Origin: Octopus sinensis
Taxonomy: Eukaryota
Length of the DNA stretch: 64,000 bases
Direction: 5' to 3'
Assembly: GCF_006345805.1 (NCBI RefSeq)
Contig: NC_042999.1
Location: forward strand, 122,078,001-122,142,000
The position numbers were made by a program, and so were the translations under genes. Below the pieces are notes generated by a model, which was given only the letters and a program-made list of their open reading frames with translations, was not told the origin of the DNA and did no database searches. Shown here piece after piece: positions 11,791-25,520 of this stretch. Within the stretch, counting starts at the first letter, position 1, and every line of letters starts with the position of its first letter.

Positions 11791-12300
11791 AGTGGATATT
11801 TATCAGCATTTATGAATAATATGAGTTACTTTTATATGTTGTCTTTTAAATATTTCTTTATCTATGTAATCAGTAAATTCCTTTTGGTGTCATAGCATAG
11901 AAAAATATCTGTATAACTTTATTATACCTTTACTGTGTTACCTTTTCTGATCTTCAATTAAGCTTTGAAAGCATTACTCATGATGAACAACTACAATATT
12001 TCATAACAGTCACTGCTGAGCATAAGATTAACTACTGAAATACTGGTTTCAAATTTTGGCAGACGGTCATCGATTTTGTGATAGGGGCAAGTCGATTATG
12101 TCAACCCCAGTGCCAAACTGGAATCTATTCTATTGCCCTTGAAAATATAAAAGGCAAAGTCAATCTCAGTGCAACTACTGAAATATTACAGCAGAAGAAC
12201 AACACAACAGCTTCCTTTGCTTTCATTAACTAAGTTGTAAAGCATTAAAACTGAAAATTAATTCAATAAAAGTTTTGTCCATATATATATATCTTTATAT

Positions 12301-12535
12301 AGGTTAAGTTTACGAAAAACAACAAAAGATGAAGACAGATGGTGTACAAAACAAACAGATTTATTAGTATAGCGCTCAGGAATAGAAAAAGTCTTTTACG
12401 TTTTGAGCCTACGCTCTTCTACAGAAAGGTACACAGAAAAAACAAGAAGAGAAAAAAATGTGTGTAGTGGCTAATGATCTATCATGGCGTATGACTCGGA
12501 CAAAATGGTCAGACAGGAGGAGGAAAGTAGGGGAG
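12301..12535 (-). mobile_element. Penelope-like element 3' terminal fragment with hammerhead-like motif (12391-12430)
   Basis: Aligns by eye with 55631-55860 and the reverse complement of 44340-44548. Motif CUGUAGAA-GAGC(GUAG)GCUC-AAAA-CGU-A-AAAGAC. Begins next to a TA run. Confidence 0.75.
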
Positions 12536-12812
12536 TGCTTCAGCAAGAGAGAGTGATAAAATAAGTAGCAAATTTTTTAAAAATATGTCTGGGATTGATT
12601 TGTCACAATTTTGAATTATAGGACAGAAATGCAGGCCCCGTTTTTCCCAGTAGGGTGCATTTGAACACAAATATAGAAACAGAAGTATAGAAGGACTTGC
12701 ACTCACTCACACACAAACAAATGTACATGCACACACATGCTTACACACATCATGCACATACACACACAAACATATATACACCACCTACTTCTGCATGCTC
12801 TCTCTTTACCTA

Positions 12813-14031
12813 CAGGGTGAATCATTTTTTGAGGTCATTTGCATGAATTTAGGAAAAGATACATAGTTCATCAAAGAAAAGGTGCATTTGTAAACAAATT
12901 GGTACAAATTATCTTGAGAATACTTTTATCACACCTATTTAATGAATTCATCATTAGCAACAATGGCTGTTTCAATAAGTGGTCAGAAGCATCGACATTA
13001 CCGAATTAGATGATCCTTTTTTAATTTTGGACATAGTGCTGGTTATGGTGAATTTGAGAGATTATATGGTGTTATGGACTGTTCATGGACTCACTCTTGA
13101 CTATGTCCCATACATAATAGTCCAGTGGATTGAAGTCTGGTGAGCTAGGAAGCCATGTTTCTTGGAGAGCATGGTCATGGAGTTGGTACGCATCTATAAT
13201 TGGATTATACTAGCCTTATGAGATGTTCAGAGTTTTGTTGGAAGATGCACGGTCTACTGTTGCATATTCTGTCTATTCAGGACCTCATAACTTTCTCCAG
13301 TGACTCTATGTTGACAGCAACATTGACTCTTAAGCGCTGTGAAAATAGTGAGATGACATGACATCTCTCTCCTTCCTGACAACTCTCACAACCATCACAG
13401 TTGCTAGGAATTTAGCATCTGTAACTGTTGGAATTTTATTTGAGTCTCTGCATAGCCATCTACTATTTCTCAGTTTTTCTTATGGGAGAGAAACCAAAGT
13501 ATTCCAGTCATTTGGTGTTTTAATGCATTTAGCAAGCACTTTACACAAATTGAATAATTTTCTTTTGTCACATCCAACATAGACTGATTCCTCTGCATTG
13601 CATATGACTTGTATTTGCTGTCTACATGCACACTTGCATTTCTGTTTATCAGCATTCTGAAACCTTGAGGTCCTTTGCAACAGCCCTGATAGAATATCTG
13701 GGGTTCTTTTATTGATTATTTCTTGAACATTTTGTACAAAGCTATGTGTTTTGATGGGACCCTGTGCATGCTTTAGCTGCTGATATTAGATCCCAATCAG
13801 CTGCATCCAGCTCCTTTTGAACTTTGACAATGAAAGACCAGACAACTTTCATAAAGCAAGTTGTCTCTGTATCTTTATGCTGTACTATTAAGGCAACTGT
13901 TACAGCATGCCTTTTCATTTGCTGATCAAACTGATGTCTGATGCTATCTATATGAAAAGAAAGGTAAACAATTTTCTTAAAAGAATGTTAGAGCTTTTGA
14001 AAAAGGTGTCCTAAAAAACTGACTTATTCTG
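12813..14031 (-). mobile_element. Decayed Tc1/mariner element, DDxD type (maT/DD37D-like)
   Basis: Minus-strand fragments VQEIINKEPRYSIRAVAKDLKVS, VHVDSKYKSYAMQRNQ...ILWFLSHKKN (W.FSDEK motif) and WLPSSPDFNPLDYYVWDIVKSE (13090-13165). TA-CAG.. at 12811 and ..CTG-TA at 14029-14033 with weakly similar ends. Confidence 0.75.
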
Positions 14032-14199
14032 TATTTTACTCACAAGGCAATAAGTAAAAGGCACTTGCTCAAGATGCCATGAAGTAGGTTGAACACAAGA
14101 TAATATGACTGACTGCACAGTAACCTTTGTAACTACACAGCCATGTCTGCACTTACTAGCTAACTTATTTTCTGAAAGATAAAATTTTAAAACCAGTAA

Positions 14200-16720
14200 A
14201 CAACACTACACCATATTCTGTAAAAGCAATTTAATATTTAGGAAACTTCACTAACATAAATATTCTGGCTCTTAGTTTAACATTGTTTGCTTCTTTCTGT
14301 TAATTCTACCATTACCAGAAAAGTATCTGCTTCTCTAATCTACCTTGTATATACTTTCTACACTTGCATTTCTGTTTCTCAACATTTTCATTTTATCACA
14401 TCACATTTATTATATGTTATATACATTTTTTTTATCCTAGCTTGACATCACAAAATGCTTTTTATTAAATCGTTTAGTTCACCTGGGTACTATTTTTCAC
14501 ACTTAAAATAGGAAATTTTTGTCATCTGCAAACATATCCATGCTTGCAAAAGAAAACACCCTTTATTTTCTTTGGATTAAAAACCTCATCATTATGAACA
14601 ATTAGCCAAGAAGATGAGAAAATATCTTTGCAGAAAATCTGTCAGCTCCTACTGTAGAGTAAAGTCACCTCTTGGAAATTTATAACATTAAAATTCCTTG
14701 CTGCTCATAACATAACATATATTTCCCTACTCTGTAAAGATTAGGAATATGTCTTTTCTTTTTCGTTTCCATTGATTGTATCATATCCAATATTTGGAGA
14801 TAATTTTTTTTTTGTGACATCAAAGATCCTTAATAGAAACAAGTATATAAAATTGTGTTGAGAAAATTTCTTTAGCATTTTGTATTAAATATTTCCTATA
14901 TAACATAGACATATAATTATTATTTTAAAAAAATTTTACTTAATATTTTGCAAATTTTCTTCTGAAGTAAATTTATATAAAGATTTTAAGATTTAAATTC
15001 TTACATACTTTTTTTTACACATAATTTTGTTTATTTCAGATCTGTTTTGTTTTTCTTGCTATACTCTAAACTAGAAAAGTATTCCATTTCAATTACATTA
15101 TTTTCAGTTATTTATTTATTTATTGGTTATAGAAACATTTTGCTAACACTTTATTTTTTTCCATCTAGATAAACAACATTATAATTTATTTCATATTTTC
15201 AGGGATGGGTTCATATGTGTTGAATTTTCACATAGTTTTATTTTGTTTCTTTTAATTTTGAGATTTTATTTATATATTTATTATTTATTTACTTTTGAAT
15301 TGTAAACACCATTATCATTGTAAAAATCCATCAGTGTTACATTCAATTTTATTTCCGAAAATTAAAATGATAATGCTGTTTATACAAATATATTCTATAT
15401 TTTTCATTTTATTTATTTATGTATTAAACATCCTAGGTCCATCAATGATATTAAGTGCATGAAAAAGATTTCAACAAATTTATTATCCTAAAACTACTTG
15501 ATATAAAAAAAAACACAAAAAAATTATATAAATAGAATAATGTTACAATTTTTTTTTCTCTGAATATAATGTTGTTAATAAAAAAAAATTACTGGAATGT
15601 TTTCTTGCCTGTCATACCATCATATATAACTTATAACAAATATAGCTGATGTAATTATATATTTTTTCTTCCAAATAATTTTTTTAGATCTAGTTTTTTC
15701 TATTCTTCAAAAATAACACCCAGCAGAACTTCATGAATTATCAATTATTTCACAAAAACTATTAGATAAATTAAAATTGAATTACTCTTTTAACATAATA
15801 CAATATTATATATTCTTTAGGTTCCACTGAGACTTTTGCATAGCCAAAGCCCTTTCACTAAATATATTAAAATCTCATATTCTGTTAATATAACATAATA
15901 TCTCTCTAGCTGTTTTCCCTTCTCACTAAATTCCAATGATTATGTCAGTGAGATTTGCTGTAGTTGATATCTTTATCTTAAAAAATAAGAAGCTTCTGTA
16001 GAATCTCGTTGCTCATTTTGAAGCTCCTACTCATGCATATTTTACCTCCAGATGAAATATATATTTATTTATTTGCTGGAATAAGTTAGCTAAATAAAGG
16101 AAAAATTCAATATAGCTGAAAAGCTACTCTCATATCTATATGCAGTAGCCATAGTCATAAGAATAACATTCACTGCCTTAATAAAGAACCAAGAATTTCA
16201 TTGAAAATATAAAAATATAAATATTTTTTTTATTTCTAGTGTTTTGTCAAAGTACATTGATCTTTACTGCTGACATATTAAATATTCAAACTGGAAATGT
16301 TGTGGTAGGGCTTTCTCCTTCTGGAGCAAAATGAATAGAATACACATCTCATTGATCCCCATCTATCTAGATTGGTTTTCCTTTTTTTATATAAATTCAA
16401 TCAGTGCACCAGTTATTCTGTGGCATCTATTTTTCTGATGAATCAATCACATCGTGCAGCATTCTCTGATACATAGTAAAATCTAATCTTCAAATATTAG
16501 TATTGAGTCATCTTGATGTGTTTAATTATTTCAACCAGTTTAATGATCTACAAAGATTAATATCTGTACAAGCATTAGTATTAATCTCTATTAAAAAGAG
16601 ATAAAATTACATTAAAAAATATGCTCCAACCATTAACACCATATATTCATCCATTTAATTAAGGTTTTATAACCTATAGTTTGATGTTAATCAAACTATA
16701 TAATATATATATATGTTTTG
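14200..16720 (-). other. Extremely AT-rich, strand-biased island with decayed coding remnants (possible endogenous large-DNA-virus fragment)
   Basis: No SINEs or long microsatellites; the minus strand is strongly A-rich. Minus-strand fragment *LNLYKKRKTNLD-(frameshift)-DGDQ*DVY at 16340-16403, then ISSGGK (~16041-16058). Confidence 0.3.
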
Positions 16721-19479
16721 TTAATTAATACAGTGGACTCCTCTAAAGTGTGACATCCATATGGCCGATAATAGCTTGGAATTCTATCAGTCTGTTGTGG
16801 AAAGATAACATAGCTAGGAAGAATTCCAGAGAATAACAGTATTGTGACAGATAGATAGATAAAATTGGTTTTAGATATAATGTCTGTGTGACATGGGTTG
16901 GATGATGGGTGTCATCTAAGACTTGGCAGTGTGGGTAAACAGCTTATAGGTACAGCAGAGCAGAGGATGCTGTAATGACATCAGTGTGTTTGTGATTATA
17001 TTGTTTTGGCAACTAAACCATTTCTAATCAACCAAATAGCATTGTTTTGGATGCATTTGAGGGTGATGTGTATGATAAAAAGTACCCCAGATATGTGAGT
17101 AGTACTCAAAACTGGATTATATCTCAGCTTTGTAGAGTGGGGTCAGTTGCTAGAACCAAAATATTTTCTGATTCTCATGCAGATTTAATAATGTTTTATA
17201 TGTAAAGTGTTCATCAGAAATTATCAGAGATTCAGAAGAATAGCAATTGCAGTGACTGTGTTGTTGTTGTTAGCTGTAGATTAGGTGTAGAGAAGCTGCA
17301 GTGAAAGTCTGATCCTTTCATTTACAGATAATAAACAATATTAGAACAATGAGATAAATGAGGGTATTAACCTTAACAGGAATTTTTAGAATATTTATAT
17401 CACAAATTCTTTAAAATGCAAGCCAGATATTTGAATCACAAAACTATTAATTTTGTGGTTGCTTTTATTGCTCATGCTCTACCCTCTCAGCATCAGTAAT
17501 CTACTTGTAATCATATGAACTACACACATTCACAAGCAGATAATTTTACTAGACTACAGAGGCATTCATTTGTAATCTAGACTTCTTTTGCACTGTATCT
17601 GCAAAACTAGGCACAAACACATTCTCCATTGGTGACTTACTCTCCTTGATGTACAATACCCACATCACTTTAACCCTATATGTCCCAGAACATGAAAAGA
17701 TTTCACTTAAATCTCTTAAAAACACTTCAAATGTGAGACCTTAATCTTTGATGATCTCTTTCCTGTACATAACATTGCTAAAAATACATCTCAACTATTT
17801 GGCTTAATGGATTCAGCCCTGATCAATTGTTGGTTCTTCTGAAGTTTATGTGGTACTGCAACTTCACAACACCACTCCAAACTGCATCACAAATGAGGAC
17901 ATTCGGTTAAATGGCAATTACTCAACTATAACATATGTGAACTGAGTAGTTAAAATTATTTTTACATATTTTAGGCAGTATGTCAAAGCAGAATGTATTA
18001 GCTAAGATGATACATTAACAAGCAAACATTTAGCTGCTTAAATCAAAAATCAATATATAATCCATCTTCTTAATGCAGTAAGTTATATATAATCATATGC
18101 AGGACATGTAATAGTGCTTTATTATATTTGGTAACTACTTATAGTTAGTAATAAGGACTGTTAGTATAATAATACCGAACGTATTTAAAGTAATCAGTTA
18201 TACAGTTTCAGAAAACATAAGATGCTGTCAAATATTTTTGTGCAAAAAAAGCTTCCATCATATTCTTGTCAAAGAGGAAAGAGAAATGAAAGGTATAAAC
18301 TGACTTCATTCTCAATAGTTGCAGTTTTTAAAAATAGCTTCCAAGCCTTCCAAACATTTTGAGCCAATCAAGCATTTCTGAAGACATTCAGTGTGCGTTA
18401 TGTAACTTAAGATGGTTTTATTTCTTACATGCATCTTAGATAATATGTAATTAGTTTGAATGACAAGATCCAAATTCTGAAATGAAAGTTAATAAAAATC
18501 TTGTTGCATATATTCATGTATAATATTTAATACGATGTTATTCTTCTTTCATATTCCATTTGTCAGACTTGTCATCTTAAAATTTCTTGCCTAAAACTTC
18601 CCTTGTTAAAAAGTGAGCTTACATTTTACTGTTGCAGAAAATCTATTAAGATTCACAAAAGTATAACCAAATTGATTTAGGTTATAGTGGAACAGAGACC
18701 CATTCAGACTTCTAAGCCACATTTAGCTCCTTTTTATATTTTAGTCATAGATGGAAGAACAGTAACCATGGTCATTGCTTGCTGTAAGAGTTTAGTTGAA
18801 AAAAGGAGAAAAACTTCACAAATCATAGATTATTGCAGTGGAAAGCAATACATTTATTTTCACACTAGAGACTCCTCTAAATGTACACAAGGGTCAGGTA
18901 GTTGTATTAAACAAGATAATTAAGCTTAATCTGCAGATTCTGTATACTGCACTAATTCTGTATACCCAATTTCATTTGTGGTGTTTCAGTCATATCAAGG
19001 CCATAGTAGAAGATGACATGCAGCAAAACTGAGCTCAGCTCCATATGATTGCAAACGAAACTTCTTAACTACTTGGCCATACCTGTATATGTATCTGTGT
19101 GTATAGGAAAGTAAGCGTCCATCATCATCATCATATGTCCATCCTCTATGCAGTTGGTCTGTTTACAGTATAACATTTAGAAGCTTCTTGGAAATATGAA
19201 AATCATTTTAACAGTGTATCTCAAAGTGGACACAGCTATTAAAAATAAGATGTAATATAATGGGTTAAAATATAGCTTGTACACAAGTATTCAGCCTTTC
19301 ATACAGATCAAGAATTCTTTTGTTGCCATAAGCTCTGAAATATTCTTAAACTTTTTGCAAACTATTTTCACCCTGGGCTATTGTACTTTTGAAAGATTAA
19401 CCTACACTCCTAGTTAGGCCACTGAAGTAGGAGAAGCTATCACCCACTTCTATGAGACCTAAGCATTTGATAAAAATTT

Positions 19480-20000
19480 CTTTCATATGTGATCTGCTCT
19501 TTACTCAAGTTCATCATCTGCTAATGAATACTTCTTTCAAAGTCATCTGACTTGCAATCCCACTATACCTGTTGATCATCTATAATTAACAGTGGATAAT
19601 TATATAGAATTCCTTTCAACTATTTTTCTGCATAACCCACATTGCCACTTACCAGATTGTATTAAAGTCCTGTAATCTTTGCTGGGGATTTTTAGGCCTC
19701 TCGGTTCTAGGTTTTGCTTCCACATTTGAATTAACCTTTTTCAATCATTGACAAATTCAGCAATCAATATTACATAATTGGCATGCAGTAGTTCCCATGG
19801 CCACAATATTGAATTCCTCTGTTATGGTCTTGAGAACAAGGAGTAGGCTGATGTACACCCACTTGTTTTCATTTTGATGATAACATCACTCTCTATAGCT
19901 TGACTGGCTCTCACAAACCATTCATCTGCAGCTAACTTTCTTAAAGACTACTAGATTACAGAGCAAGGCATGCATCATCATCAACATTGCTGTTTTTATA
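19480..20000 (-). mobile_element. RTE LINE RT C-terminal fragment, highly decayed
   Basis: WELLHANYVILIAEF (equivalent to WELLYADD motif), KRLIQMWKQNLEPRGLKI, SGKWQCGLCRKIVERNSI (Cys-rich segment). Confidence 0.7.
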
Positions 20001-20699
20001 TCTTCTTTTCCATGCATTTGATGGCTCATTTTGAAGCAGTGTTTAGAGCAGATGACTTCCTGATACTAACATATTTAGTAACCTCATGATATACAGGCAC
20101 ATGCTATACCTCTTCTGAAAACCAGAGTCCATGTGCATACCATACATATTCTGGTATATTCAGTTTTATATATATATCATTATTTTTTCACTAATCCAAT
20201 AACAACAATACAAAGTATGTAGCCCTTAAAATGGTTTTTGTGCATTTACAGAGAATACCGAACTGTCTTACTCAGGATCTTGTTTTTAGGAATTCCCAAT
20301 AAGTTATGAATACCCAAATTGTGAAGTCAGTTATGTAATAACATGAAATTAGTTACCCAATAGTAAGAATTCAAATAAAGTAGCCCCGAAAAAGACTTTA
20401 ATGCATTCCCAGAGTATATGGAGCTTAGGAGGAAGTATCAATAAGGTATGTATACTAAAATCGTGAAACATGTTATGTAATAACAGGCCAATCAGTCATG
20501 AGATAATAACAATTCACAGTAAATAACTCTGAAAATGGCTTTTGTGCATTCCCAGAGAATATTACCCTCAGGGGCACAAATGAATAAGTCAGTAACCAAA
20601 ATAAGTGGATCTATTGTTTAGGAAAATACTGTTTACTTGTTTAAGGGTTGTACTAGATAAATTGCAAAAATAACCCCAACAGTTCAAATACTAAGAAAT

Positions 20700-21100
20700 T
20701 AGCATACTCAATTTGATATATATGAAATAATATAGGAAAAGGAATGGGTTATTTCCCTTGGCAGTTAAGACAAAATATCTTAGTTATATATAAGGATCCC
20801 TTCCCGGGGCCCTATTATCGATTTTTTTTTTCAACAATCTGAGTATGTCATGAGGTTTCCAAACAAGAGTTCTACTCATGTGTCAAGTTTCATCAAAATT
20901 GATAAAACGATGTAAGAGGAGTTAGCCAACAACTCTGCAAACACACCCACAGACAGCTCGATTTGATTTATATAAAATAATATAGGAACATGAATGCGTT
21001 ATTTCCCTTGGCTATTAAAATAAAATATATTAGTGATATATATAAGGATCCCTTCCAGGGGCCCTATTATCGATTTTTTCCAACAATCCGAGTATATATG
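20700..21100. repeat. ~250-bp-period imperfect direct duplication; possibly a non-autonomous Helitron/DINE-like element
   Basis: Block atataggaa...ttatttcccttgg...taaggatcccttcc.ggggccctattatcgatttttt..caacaatc.gagtat occurs at ~20710-20845 and ~20960-21095. The spacer contains tgtcaagtttcatcaaaattgataaaacg...cacagacag. The duplication is seen directly; the family assignment is from recall. Confidence 0.55.
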
Positions 21101-23382
21101 TATATACAAATATATAATCACATATGTATACACATATGTCCAAAACTGTAATTGTTCATTCATAAATCCATTTTACATCTTTTGTTTTTATAGTAATATG
21201 GGTTTCATGATTACATTTTATTGAGACATAGATATTTGCACCTGTCATTAACTCTTATCTATTTTTCAAGCATGGAATGTTTTTAACTTGTTCTTCTTTG
21301 AAAGTACAGAACCAGCAGACAATTTGTTATCAAATAATTGTCAAAATATAAAACTTTTTGTGATTCAGGGCATTTTCATGTGAAGTGCAGTGTATAACTT
21401 TTTACACAGATATGTACATGTACACACAACCACATTTAATAAGAGTAATTAAATGCAGTGTGCAAGAGAGAAGGCTGCGTATAGAGAATGACTTGCATAA
21501 GGCAATGCTCTGCAACCATTTCTCACTTCTAGTACACTAATATTCTTTTCAAAACTCAGCAGCAAACCTGAACTGAAAATATTACTAAAAGTATAGGGAA
21601 AAAAATTATATCCAGGTTCCACTGCGGTACACTTAGCATCATCTCATGGTACACCAGTGTGTTACAGCATACCGTTTGTGGACCACTGGCATAAGAAAGT
21701 ACTGTGTGCTCCAAGTTAGTTGTACTCTGAAAAATAGAGACTGTGGAAGACTTGAGATGAAGCTACAGCTGACCTAAAGATGCTGTATCTCATAAAGGTG
21801 GTGAAAAAAAAAAAAAACCATATAAACCTGGAAATATGTGAGGCTGCAGAAGACCCATGGTGAAATGTAAATTGAAAAGCTGGTCAGGATAGAGGTTGTA
21901 ATCTGTGTGTGTATATGTTTGTGTGTGTACGTTTGTGCATGTATTAGACAGACACATTACATTACACTACATTGTGATTACCGTGTGACTGGTTGTGCAT
22001 TCCAAAAAGAGGAGTTTACTGTGATGGTTGCACAATTCTCCAAATTCATGTTTTATTCTACTCCTTTACACACATGTGTGTGTATATGCAGATTTTGGCA
22101 TACATATGCATGTTTATGGGTGTGAGTATGTATATATATGACTATATTAGTATCTACTAAGCTTATATTTACTGCCACCATTTGCATTCTGACTGCATGC
22201 TCTTATCTATCTGTTGATCACTTACCCTCTTTCACACATCTCCCCATTCACTTCCACCAGCTCATCTCTCTACCAATCATAACCCCCTCCTTCCATCTCT
22301 CAACTCTCTTAAATCATTGCCCTATCATTTGTATTTCTCATCACACTACTTTGTAGCTCAATCACTTTCCCACTGCCATCTATAGCTCCTTCTCTGCTTC
22401 TTTTCCTTTTGCTCACTCTCTTTACTCCACAGCTTTTCTGCTATCTCAACACACACACACACACATGCACACACACACACACACACACACACTCTCTCTC
22501 TCTCTCTCTCTCTCTCGCTCTCCTTTCTCCTCTCTCTCTCTCTTTCTGTCTTTCCTCTTCCTTACATACTTCTTATGAACCCCACACCTCTATTTTAATG
22601 ATTCTCTCTGATCCTCACCATTTTCATCTATTTTTCTGTTTCTAATATTCCTGTCCTCTCGTACTTCCTTCCCATATTTGCTATTATGTGAGACAACTCC
22701 ATATTCCCTCTACATAGCCCACCTCACCACCCTTATCCCTTTATTCATCTCTTTCTTTCCATACTGCTTCCATCAATAATGTCTACCCTATTGCTCTCTC
22801 CAGTACCACACTCTCACAACTATAAATCTGTACCACTCATACTTCACCCTCTCCAATCACCTTGCCTAAAGTCATCACACTATCTCTCCTACTATACACT
22901 TCAGTTATAGGGCTTGCTTTAGGACTGTTAGTCTTGCAAGTAGCATATGTAAATATATGTATTATGCACACACACATTTGTGTGCAAGTGTTTGTGTGTA
23001 TATGTTTGGTGGGGGTGTGCATGTATGTGAATTGAGCTTTTAAAACAGTCATTCAGGGCTATGTTTCAGAAATATAAATTAATCCTGAATATTTTGTGTA
23101 TGAAGATGCTTCCTAATTTTTAAATAACATTTGATTCTTTATTTATTTTAACTTCCACAGTATCAGTCTCTTTTATCAAATATTAGCTGTCAAGACACTG
23201 CATCCTTTAAAACCTCCATGCTTCCTGAAATTTGCTAACACTACACCTGATATCCCTACCTTCATATGCATGCACATGTATATCAAGACTCTTACACTGT
23301 TTACTTTTGTACATAATTCCATGTACTATACATGCACCTTTGATTAGTTGTAGTGCACCTGAGCACTATACACAATAATTTC

Positions 23383-23426
23383 ATTATTATTATTATTATT
23401 ATTAATTATTATTATTATTATTATTA

Positions 23427-23472
<46 letters not shown>
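23383..23472. repeat. (ATT)n microsatellite
   Basis: About 30 near-perfect ATT units. Confidence 0.97.
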
Positions 23473-23652
23473 GCAATGTGTAAAAGAAATTTTATTCAAG
23501 GGAAGAAAGAGAGATATCAATAAACAACTGAGGTAATCTTAATTGCTTAATTAAATATTTGATTCTATATCATTTTACAAATTCTATAGAAACACTCTTC
23601 ATTAGCTTCAGGGAATAGTTTCCTTGATGTAGAATACACATCTACCCATCTA

Positions 23653-24169
23653 AAAGGTTTGGCTGAAAAGTTCATAGGCTCACCAAGGTACTTTCATGGA
23701 ATATGACAGAATGAGATTTATTGTAAAAATATTTTTATTTGATTTATAGCCAATTGCCATCACTATGTGGTGAACACACTCTGTTTTCCTCAGTGGTGAC
23801 AGTTGCAAGATGTTCAGTTCTTGGGTCATCTTCCAGACTTTTCCCTTTCTCACCTAAATTCAGCTGCTCACTTTTGCACTTTTGATAAAGCTGGAGCATC
23901 ATCCCCTAATGTAGCAACCATGCTAGTGTGAATATCCTTGGGGGCTTAAATCTTTTTATGCTGGTACTTGATAACATTATGATGCCAACTGTTGTTGATT
24001 TTCAAGAGAATTCTCAACTATTTACTTTTGAACTCTCTTTCGAACAGTCATGTGTCAGTTTACCTGCAAAGAAACAGTCTAGTTATTAATAAGAAGAATG
24101 CATGCAAGGTTTCCCAGCTCTAGCCTCACTCCTTCATAGTCAGCCTATTAACTTTGCAGCCCACCCTTC
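23653..24169 (-). mobile_element. Internally deleted mariner element (517 bp) with TIRs
   Basis: 31-bp TIRs at 23653-23683 and 24139-24169 (6 mismatches), TA on both sides. Minus strand encodes KDIHTSMVATLGDDAPALSKVQK*AAEFR, a mariner transposase N-terminal HTH region. Confidence 0.8.
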
Positions 24170-25134
24170 TATCTAAACAAATAGAATTTATTCTTATAAG
24201 GAATTAAGGCAAACATGCTTTCATTACGAGGTTATAGATTTTGTAATAAAATTTGGCTTTATTATCTGAATAAGATGTTTACATTGGAATAAATTCACTT
24301 CATTTTAAATTTTAATATCATAAAGAATTTATATTTTGGAACAGAGCATGTTAGAAAAGAGGTATCTAAAAATTCATTTAATATTACCTTTAAATTTACT
24401 GGCTTTTTGACATTTCCACATCAATGAAAAATCATGGAGAAAAGATCAAAGTGATTTATTCTGACTAGATATTGAAAGTAAATAAATATGAATGAAGTGA
24501 AAATATTACTATTTACAACATCCAACCCTTAGCATTTTTTTTTTTTCCTATGAGATCTCTTTATGTCATCTCACAAGATAAAGAATGAAAACTGCAGTTT
24601 ACACGCTCAGAATAAAGCAAGTTAGATCAAATTTAGAGAAATGAGTCACCTTTTCATGGAATATGTGATAAATTTATTGACACATAAGTATAAAGAATAC
24701 AAATAATTTTACCCCCATAGACTATTTGAATGTCATCTCGAAATTCATACTTTATATTTCATTTTACAGAATAGTTGGCCTCCTTTAGCTCTATACAAAA
24801 TGAAAGAAATCTTAACCTTTACCCACGAGGCTTGCATAAATTACAATTCACGTGATACAACTCATGAATATCCTCAGGAATTAAATGTTTCCCATATAGT
24901 TTTTTTGTTTTTTATGATCTTGCATGTATATAAATCAGGAAGGCAAAAACGAATAATTAATATAACTTAGGAATTCATTGATATAAGTGAGTGTTTTCCA
25001 ATCTTCATTACCAGACTAATTATTACAGTAGATTGAAATTTAAATGTAAATGGCTTCTTTTCAATATAGGAAAAAAGTTATATATTGTGAATAATGGTAA
25101 TGTTTAAACGAAAAAAGTTAAAATTAATTTCTTT

Positions 25135-25520
25135 GTGGCTGTGTAGTAAGTAGCTTGCTAAACAACCACATGGTTTCAGTCCCACTGTGTGGCACCTTGG
25201 GCAAGCATCTTCTACTATAGCCTCAGGCCAACCAAAGCCTTGTGAGTGGATTTGGTAGATGGAAACTGAAAGAAGCCCATCGTATATACGTGTGTGTGAG
25301 TGTGTATGTATGTGTCTGTGTTTGTCCCCACCCCACCCCCAACATCGCTTGACAACCGATGCTGGTGTTTTTATGTCCCCATCACTTAGCGGTTTGGCAA
25401 AAGAGACCGATAGAATAAGTACTAGGCTTACAAAGAATAAGTCCTGGGGTCGATTTGCTCAACTAAAGATGGTGCTCCAGCATGGCCACAGTCAAATGAC
25501 TGAAACAAGTAAAAGAGTAA
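25135..25520 (+). mobile_element. Near full-length tRNA-derived SINE with internal (GT)n
   Basis: Head tggctgtgtagtaagtagcttgc..., same family as 59838-60250; tail tggtgctccagcatggccacagtcaaatgactgaaacaagtaaaagag. Confidence 0.85.

Noticed and set aside
14200-16720. Nuclear mitochondrial insertion (NUMT)
   Set aside because: AT content and TGA codons suggested it, but I could not recognise any mitochondrial protein, rRNA or tRNA motif on either strand.
17600-17880. Possible LINE APE endonuclease remnant (IGDL motif)
   Set aside because: Too degraded to support beyond a single short motif.
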